Origin: Mytilus edulis
Taxonomy: Eukaryota
Assembly: GCF_963676685.1 (NCBI RefSeq)
Contig: NC_092353.1
Location: 23,932,001 to 23,996,000 of the forward strand
Direction of reading: 5' to 3'
Length of the DNA stretch: 64,000 nt
The position numbers were made by a program, and so were the translations under genes. The notes under the pieces were generated by a model. It saw only the letters and a program-made list of their open reading frames with translations. It was not told the origin of the DNA and made no database searches. Below, in pieces: positions 58,701 to 64,000 of the stretch. Every line of letters starts with the position of its first letter. The stretch's first letter is position 1.

Positions 58701-61700
58701 ACGACTTCCTGTCTCAAATGAAACTTTGATAACACATTTTGATGTTACCTATTATTTTCCTAGAATATCAATTCAGCGAAATTTAAAAATAGGCATATCG
58801 AACTATATAAACTAAACAGTTTGACAGTGTTCTTAACTATCGTTTCATAGTCTGGCCCAATCAAAAATCATCCTCATAAAGTTTGTATTTAGTTTTATAA
58901 ATAGCTAACTTTCATATAACCGATCTTTAAGGTGGTACCTAACACTTTAACTAAAATTAATTTGGCTCGTTTAATTTTATTTAAAAAATTTTACAAAGTA
59001 TTTACTATGACCCTTTGACAAAAATATAAAAATTTTAAAAGATTTGAACCAACCGTTTAATCAGAAAAATTACACTGGTTATATAGCAGTTTGACAAACA
59101 CTTATTTTGATCATTGAGAAGCTTAATATTCCCTTAAGAACACACCGTCATTAAAACGTTCTGTTGATTTTACAGAGTTATCTCCCTGTAGTGTTAGGTA
59201 CCACCTTTACTCTGTAATAAAAAAAAATGTCGAAAGATTAACTACAAAGGTTTAAGAACCACTCATTTACAGAAATTTCTTGCTAACACTGAAGTCCTGT
59301 GCCCTAGTGATTGTAGGTAATGTTGCTGATCAATTTTATTGATAAGATTGATTAAAACAGGGAATGCTGACCACCTTTTTGTAAGTGTAGGTTTGAAACG
59401 TAATGGGGACAATTAAGGAATTTACTGCGAATCATAATTGTTTTAAACAAGTTCTCGAATGGATCAGAAATGCCACAACACATTACGTGTTGATTATTTA
59501 TGTAGATGTGCATGTATTTGTACTATTATATATGATGTATGAAAGCTTCTGATTTCTACGGGTAAGCCAGGTAAAAATATACTTCAAGGTATAATATGCT
59601 TTGAAATTAATGAAAACATAAGATTTTTAACTGAAATTAACCGTACAAAATCAACGGAAGGCTATGGCGGTACTCGGTCAAGTAAAAGTACATAAAAGTA
59701 GAAAAACCAAACTATCAAACGGTGCATTTGGGGGTAAAATTAAAACTGTTTTCAAATTCGTAATACAAACAAATCATTAGAAAACTATACATTTTTTGAC
59801 GTCAAATTGAATTGATCATCAGTTTAATTTTATGTCTTTCACTTGCTCTTAATTGACAAATATATAAAATGTTCTTCTACTTTGTTGCCAACCTGTCAAA
59901 ATAATATATACTTCGGAGTCAAAAGGCGGTAATATATGAAAAGTTGAATGCTTTCAAGTTTTACATTTAAAATTCGTGTAAACGAATCACCTGAGCTGCC
60001 AACAAAAGATGTATTTGCATATAAATGTGAATCTTTTTCCTTTCCAAGTGGCAGTGCTTCTGAAAAATGTTAAAATGTTAAAACTTTAAAATTACAAACA
60101 AACAAACAAACACCTAGAAAACACTTACTCTTTATCATTAATATATTATGTTTTGATTTCTGTAATCTATTTCGAATTCATAAATAGTAATTAACAGGTA
60201 ATCTGTTTTCCACATTAAATTCCAGTTTTGAAGTAAGAAGAGTTGCTGACATTGAAGTCGTTGGCTACAGCAACATCGTCAACAGTTTTAAACTGTGCGA
60301 TAAAGTAAGTATAAAGAGAAAGATTAATATATCAACTATAAGCCTTATCACTTTCATACCCATGGTAGTTATTTGGCTCTCTATATAGTCATGATCGATT
60401 GAAACTTTTCCATAGTTTAAATCTAACAGTTTTACTTTATCAATATCTTTTACCATGGACTAATTAAGGTGTTTTCTATGTTTCCTCTGCAAATCGTTTA
60501 GCGTTTTCACTTCCAGAGTACATAAATCACAGCCAGTGTTTTATTTAAGTGTTTGTGTTGTTAAGTCTTAATTTCCCATTTGGGCTTTACATATTGTTGT
60601 TTGTTTATTTTTTGTCTCTTTTTTTATGACGTTGATATTTGTTTGGTATTTCGTGTCTTACGCCTCTCTTTTAACTAATGTCTTTAAGAAATGTGTATTC
60701 TTAACTCATTCATATCGTAATCTTACCTTGTTTTGCTGCTTCAAAATAATTTCTAGCATCCTTCAGTTCTGCAATAAATATAGTGGTGGTTATCTATCTT
60801 ATTTCCCTCGAAATCAGTTTTGTTGTTATTTTTAATTATTATTTTTATTGTAACGGGTGCTCTAACAAATTATTTGTACTCAAAGATGATTTAAAATTTG
60901 ATTTTTTTTTAAAACAAATTTAGCATGTTTAACTTCAATGATACACATGACATCAATCTTCGAATTACCAGAGGCATTTGAATTCTATCGATAATCTTTT
61001 GAAATAATGTTTCAATTTAACGTCACTGATAAAAAATGTGCAAGTATGGATAAAAGTAGACAATACCTTTGATTCCAAACTTTGATAAATAAATATTCCG
61101 GCATGTATCATCGTCATGCATAGCCCTTATTCATTGTCCAATCTTAACTATGTAATAACAGGTATTCAACATCTGTTTTATATTTTAACTTTCAAATATT
61201 TCTGCCCCGACCATCTCTTAAGAACCACTTATCAAAATGCATATCTGGTGTAGTAAAATTTGTTCCTTATACTATTACCATTGAGCTTAATAAAAACTGA
61301 CGATATCAGAAGTTATTAATTGCTACCGATTTCGTTTATTTTGACACGGGGTTTATTCTCTCTTTGGTTTTCATTTGTTTCACTTAAATCATATCAAATA
61401 CTTATTGTTGGTTGACTGTTAATGAATATCCGTTTCACAGATGATACCGGATATGTTCCTTTTGTTATAACTACTACCCCGTTTATTTTTTAGAAAGTGA
61501 CCTACCGAATAAGACTATTTACCGAGTTTGTAATAAAATGAGCCACACGACGGGTGTCACATTTAGAGCAGGATCTGCCAACCCTTGCGGAGCACCTGGG
61601 ATCAACTCTAACTTTTGGTATGGTTCGTGTCTTTAGTTTTCTAAGTTGTATTGTGTGTACTAATATTTGTCGGTTTGTCTTTTTCTTTCTTTAGCCATGG

Positions 61701-64000
61701 AGTTGTCAGCTTTTCGATCTATGAGTTTGAATGTCCCTATGGTATCTTTTGCCCCAGTCTTATCCTTTTTTGTACTAAATCAAAAGCTTTCAATGCCTGT
61801 TGATCCTCAGACTGACCTTTTATTCCAAATCTTTCTATAATACTGTTTGCTCCAGAATCCAGGTTACTATCACGGAATGTCAATAAAAGCTCCTGGTATT
61901 TCCAGTATTTCACCTGTTGTTCAGTGAACCATGTATTCAGACATGCTCCTGTTCTCTTTTTCAATGATTCACCGGTCGGAAGGTTATCTTCAATGCTCTT
62001 CCAATCAATTTCAAGTGCTCCAAAAAGACTTGGGCGGTCTGTAGTAACCTTTTCAGTTAGCATTTCAATGATTTCGTCCATATCTGATTTCGTTATTATA
62101 CAATTAAGATATAATTGCATCTCATAGGCATTCATAAACAACAAAACGTTATACATTTAGATAAAAACAAATATTGTAAATAAGATTCTTAATGGAAAAG
62201 ATACGAATTAGCCACTGTTTGATACCGTTGATAATTATTTGATGCTAGATAACATGAAAAGACAAGGAGCGGTAAGAAAAGCCGGAAACTATATTTGATT
62301 GGGATCGTCTCCTTTTGAGAAATTTGCTGCTTTGAATGTCTCTACTAATTTTAAGGTTAAGAGCGGGATTGTTCATTGTGTGTTTAATTTTCTATTTATC
62401 AGGCTCATATTCATTTTGTATGATGAATTTGCATGATAAATATGTCATAATGCATGGTAGTTTCAGTTCATCAAAAAGTTTAATTACTGGATAACATTAC
62501 AGTTGATCTGTGATTGATTGATCACGTTACAATGTGTAAGCAGATCCACAAATTATGTTTATAGAAAAACTACCGATTTTGATCAAATACATGCATTCCT
62601 GACAGTAGGTTTGCAAAACAAGTAGAAAAAGTAAAGCACTTGAATTGTGTTGAACAAAAAATTGTCAGTAACCATATTGACCGGTTTTAGATATACTGGT
62701 TGTCCTTTTTTTGTGAATAACCTCTTCATAGTATTGATACGTTATGGATTCGCCTCTAGCCTCACTGAAGCGACATTTATTCTCAAAATAATTATCTGGT
62801 GAGGAAAAATTAGTACCGTTTGTGTTATCAAACTGCCATTAATGGACACTAAATTGGTTAATTTTGTATGTGAACAAAATCACAGAATAGGATACAAGCT
62901 CGCATCTTTTAATTATTTCAAAATTTTCTGAGATTGATATTAGCCTCCTATATCTAAATGCATGACATGATAAAACATGTAAAGGGCTGTCATTATTGCA
63001 GGTTTTTGTATGGATAAAAGAGCAATTTATTCCCTTTACAATATAATAAGAAATTAACAAATGAGTTTAGAATAAGAGTGTGAACGCAAATGTAGTCAGC
63101 TGCTATCGTCAAGAAAACGCTACAAAGGGCCTGCATCGTATTCCTGACATTCTAAAATTGAGAATGAAAACGGAGAATGTGCCAAAGAGACAACAACCCG
63201 ACCATAGAGCAGACAACAGCAGAAGGTCACCAACAGGTCTTCAATGCAACGAGAAATTCTCGCACCCGGAGGCGTCCTTCAGCTGCCCCCTAAACAAATA
63301 TATACTAGTTCAGTGATAATGAACACCATACTAAACTCCAAATTGTACACAAGAAACTAAAAGTTAAAATAACACAAGACTAACAAAGGCCAGAGGCTCC
63401 TGACTTGGGACAGGCGCAAAAATGCGGTGGGGTTAAACATGTTTGTGAGATCTCAACCCTCCCCTAGATCTAGTTTCAAATCGATACAAATACCATAAAA
63501 ACTGTCTTGTGGGTCATTTCTTCTGGAACAATTATTTTGTGAATTTTTTATAATTTAACAAATAAAAGAGACAACTGTAGTGTTTGGAATAACGTTACAT
63601 GTAGACATTATTAATGTTATCTGACGACAAAGGATTGCAGGAACAAATAAATGACAATGAATGATCGAAGAATATGAAGGAAAGAGAATCTTGATAATGT
63701 TGATAAGCATAGAATTAAGGAATTATAACTTTGATAAATTCAATCGTTTGTCACTGTCTATTTCTATAAAATTTACCTTTATAATTTTTCTGTATGTCAT
63801 CAGAAATGTCCTTTCTTCCGCATTCCAAATTTAGAATAAGCACAAGCCAATCTTTGATTTCCTCAATATTTCTATAGCTGAGTAGATTTTTGACCAGTGG
63901 TCTTTTTATCCATTCTTTTAATCCTATTATTATCGGTTCATCGGAAAATTTAAGATTATCCGTCTCCCAGTGAACAAAATGATGCGATTCGAAATTTAAT
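37786..64000 (-). CDS. RIG-I-like receptor (DExD/H helicase + RLR CTD) with N-terminal Death-like domains; 5' end beyond the window; one apparent frameshift. Exons: >64000-63777, 62083-61817, 60768-60727, 60059-59991, 58639-58541, 58108-58034, 57738-57664, 56992-56894, 56692-56624, 55177-55127, 52727-52524, 51003-50915, 50317-50054, 47255-47093, 44948-44861, 44568-44378, 41825-41681, 41296-41072, 39906-39739, 38417-37786
   Basis: Q motif LRDYQQELA; Walker A AGTNAGKT; motif II LDECHH; III GLTASPG; IV FLIFVKTR; V VATSVASEGLDI; VI QMRGRIR; CTD TCALCG...SH...KKTDKVYGFACGHNWG...FKKWSDV. The helicase and CTD exons (37786-52727) are high confidence; the linker and Death exons are lower. Confidence 0.85.
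43332..43480 (+). mobile_element. tRNA-derived SINE head
   Basis: A-box-like GGTGGTCGTGTGG and B-box GGTTCCAATCCC, then AGAACAAAAAATTTG; a (TA)n tract follows at 43494-43518. Confidence 0.6.
44160..44360. mobile_element. Two tRNA-derived SINE heads in opposite orientation (minus copy about 44160-44235; plus copy 44250-44360)
   Basis: GCCAAGGTGGTCGAGGGGTCTAGC...AGTTCGAAGACCGGCCAGGGAAGAACAAAAAA, and reverse copy CTTTCCCTGGCCGGGATTTGAACTCATGC. Confidence 0.6.
46293..46844. mobile_element. Kolobok-like TTAA MITE
   Basis: TTAA|GGGGGTTCGCGGGT ... ACCCTCGAGCCTCC|TTAA. Confidence 0.75.
47405..48718. repeat. Dispersed/tandem repeat family with about 363-bp units; related fragments at about 33660-33990 and 49840-49980
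   Basis: GTATTTGGCAAAA..TTTAGGAATTTTTGGTCCTCAATGCTCTTCAACTTCGTAC...GTAGACGAAACGCGCGTCTGGCGTA recurs at about 47529, 48181 and 48544. Confidence 0.75.
48757..49574. mobile_element. hAT-like non-autonomous element
   Basis: TIR CAGGGTTGG...CCAACCCTG; 8-bp flanks GTTAGTGC / GTAAGTGC (7/8 match); subterminal AATACTGGG/CCCAG repeats. Confidence 0.8.
51218..51756. mobile_element. Mutator/MULE-like MITE
   Basis: About 70-bp TIRs CATCTTCGCTAGCCAAGAGTTACGATCCACTCCCCTCCTC... ; 9-bp flanks TTATAACAG / TTATAATAG (8/9 match). Confidence 0.8.
53620..53870 (-). mobile_element. Penelope-like RT remnant
   Basis: Minus strand LYVKRDDFNFPIVS...AASAYEVY...QLIRYFRSC..YHDILDKELL, with frameshifts and stops. Confidence 0.6.
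54034..55023. mobile_element. Tc1/mariner-like MITE with about 215-bp TIRs, nested inside another dispersed repeat
   Basis: TA|CAGCTTTTACATTAATGCTAGCAAGACAAATC ... GATTTGTCTTGCTAGCATTAATGTAAAAGCTG|TA. Confidence 0.85.
57490..58260. repeat. About 370-400-bp tandem duplication containing a 75-nt RLR exon and its flanking intron
   Basis: AATACTGACCA.TATCTTTC...CAGAGGCATCTTTGGGAA..CCAACTGGA...ATTTCCT.CTGCAAAT at about 57655 and about 58025. Confidence 0.8.
58931..59205. mobile_element. Kolobok-like TTAA MITE
   Basis: TTAA|GGTGGTACCTAACACT ... AGTGTTAGGTACCACC|TTTA, perfect 16-bp TIR. Confidence 0.8.

Noticed and set aside
56624-60059. Mirror-symmetric exon sizes 69-99-75-75-99-69
   Set aside because: Only the two 75-nt exons share sequence; the symmetry looks coincidental.
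60360-60486. Additional RLR linker exon (MVKDIDKVKLLDLNYGK...ITTM, good donor at 60359)
   Set aside because: No phase-1 acceptor gives a stop-free frame, and the model is in frame without it. It may be a dead cassette, so it was left out.

Overview
AT-rich, intron-rich animal DNA. The repeat families and gene content look bivalve, most likely a Mytilus mussel. The single-exon ORF track mostly misses the genes, so I rebuilt them by hand from splice sites and reading-frame phase. Five protein-coding loci result: (1) + strand, 5'-truncated ShKT + Ly6/uPAR (three-finger) + Thr-rich linker + C-type-lectin-like mosaic (128-5873); (2) - strand 5-exon UFSP1-type UFM1 protease (13331-7795); (3) + strand single-exon NHL beta-propeller protein with no RING or B-box (16255-18003); (4) + strand 12-exon, 669-aa protein with a signal peptide, two tandem LDLR/VLDLR-type YWTD-propeller-EGF modules, no LDLa repeats, no transmembrane helix, and a C-terminal KDEL-stop (21028-35536), i.e. 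a predicted ER-resident soluble lipoprotein-receptor derivative and the most striking item here; (5) - strand RIG-I-like DExD/H helicase (37786 to beyond 64000) with apparent N-terminal Death domains instead of CARDs, a linker built from eight symmetric phase-1 mini-exons, an altered CTD zinc site and one apparent frameshift. Introns and spacers hold many non-autonomous DNA transposons (CACTA-like, Kolobok-like, hAT-like, Mutator-like, Tc1/mariner-like), tRNA-derived SINEs, Penelope-like RT remnants, a 37-bp minisatellite and a 249-N assembly gap. All gene models are manual and need transcript confirmation.
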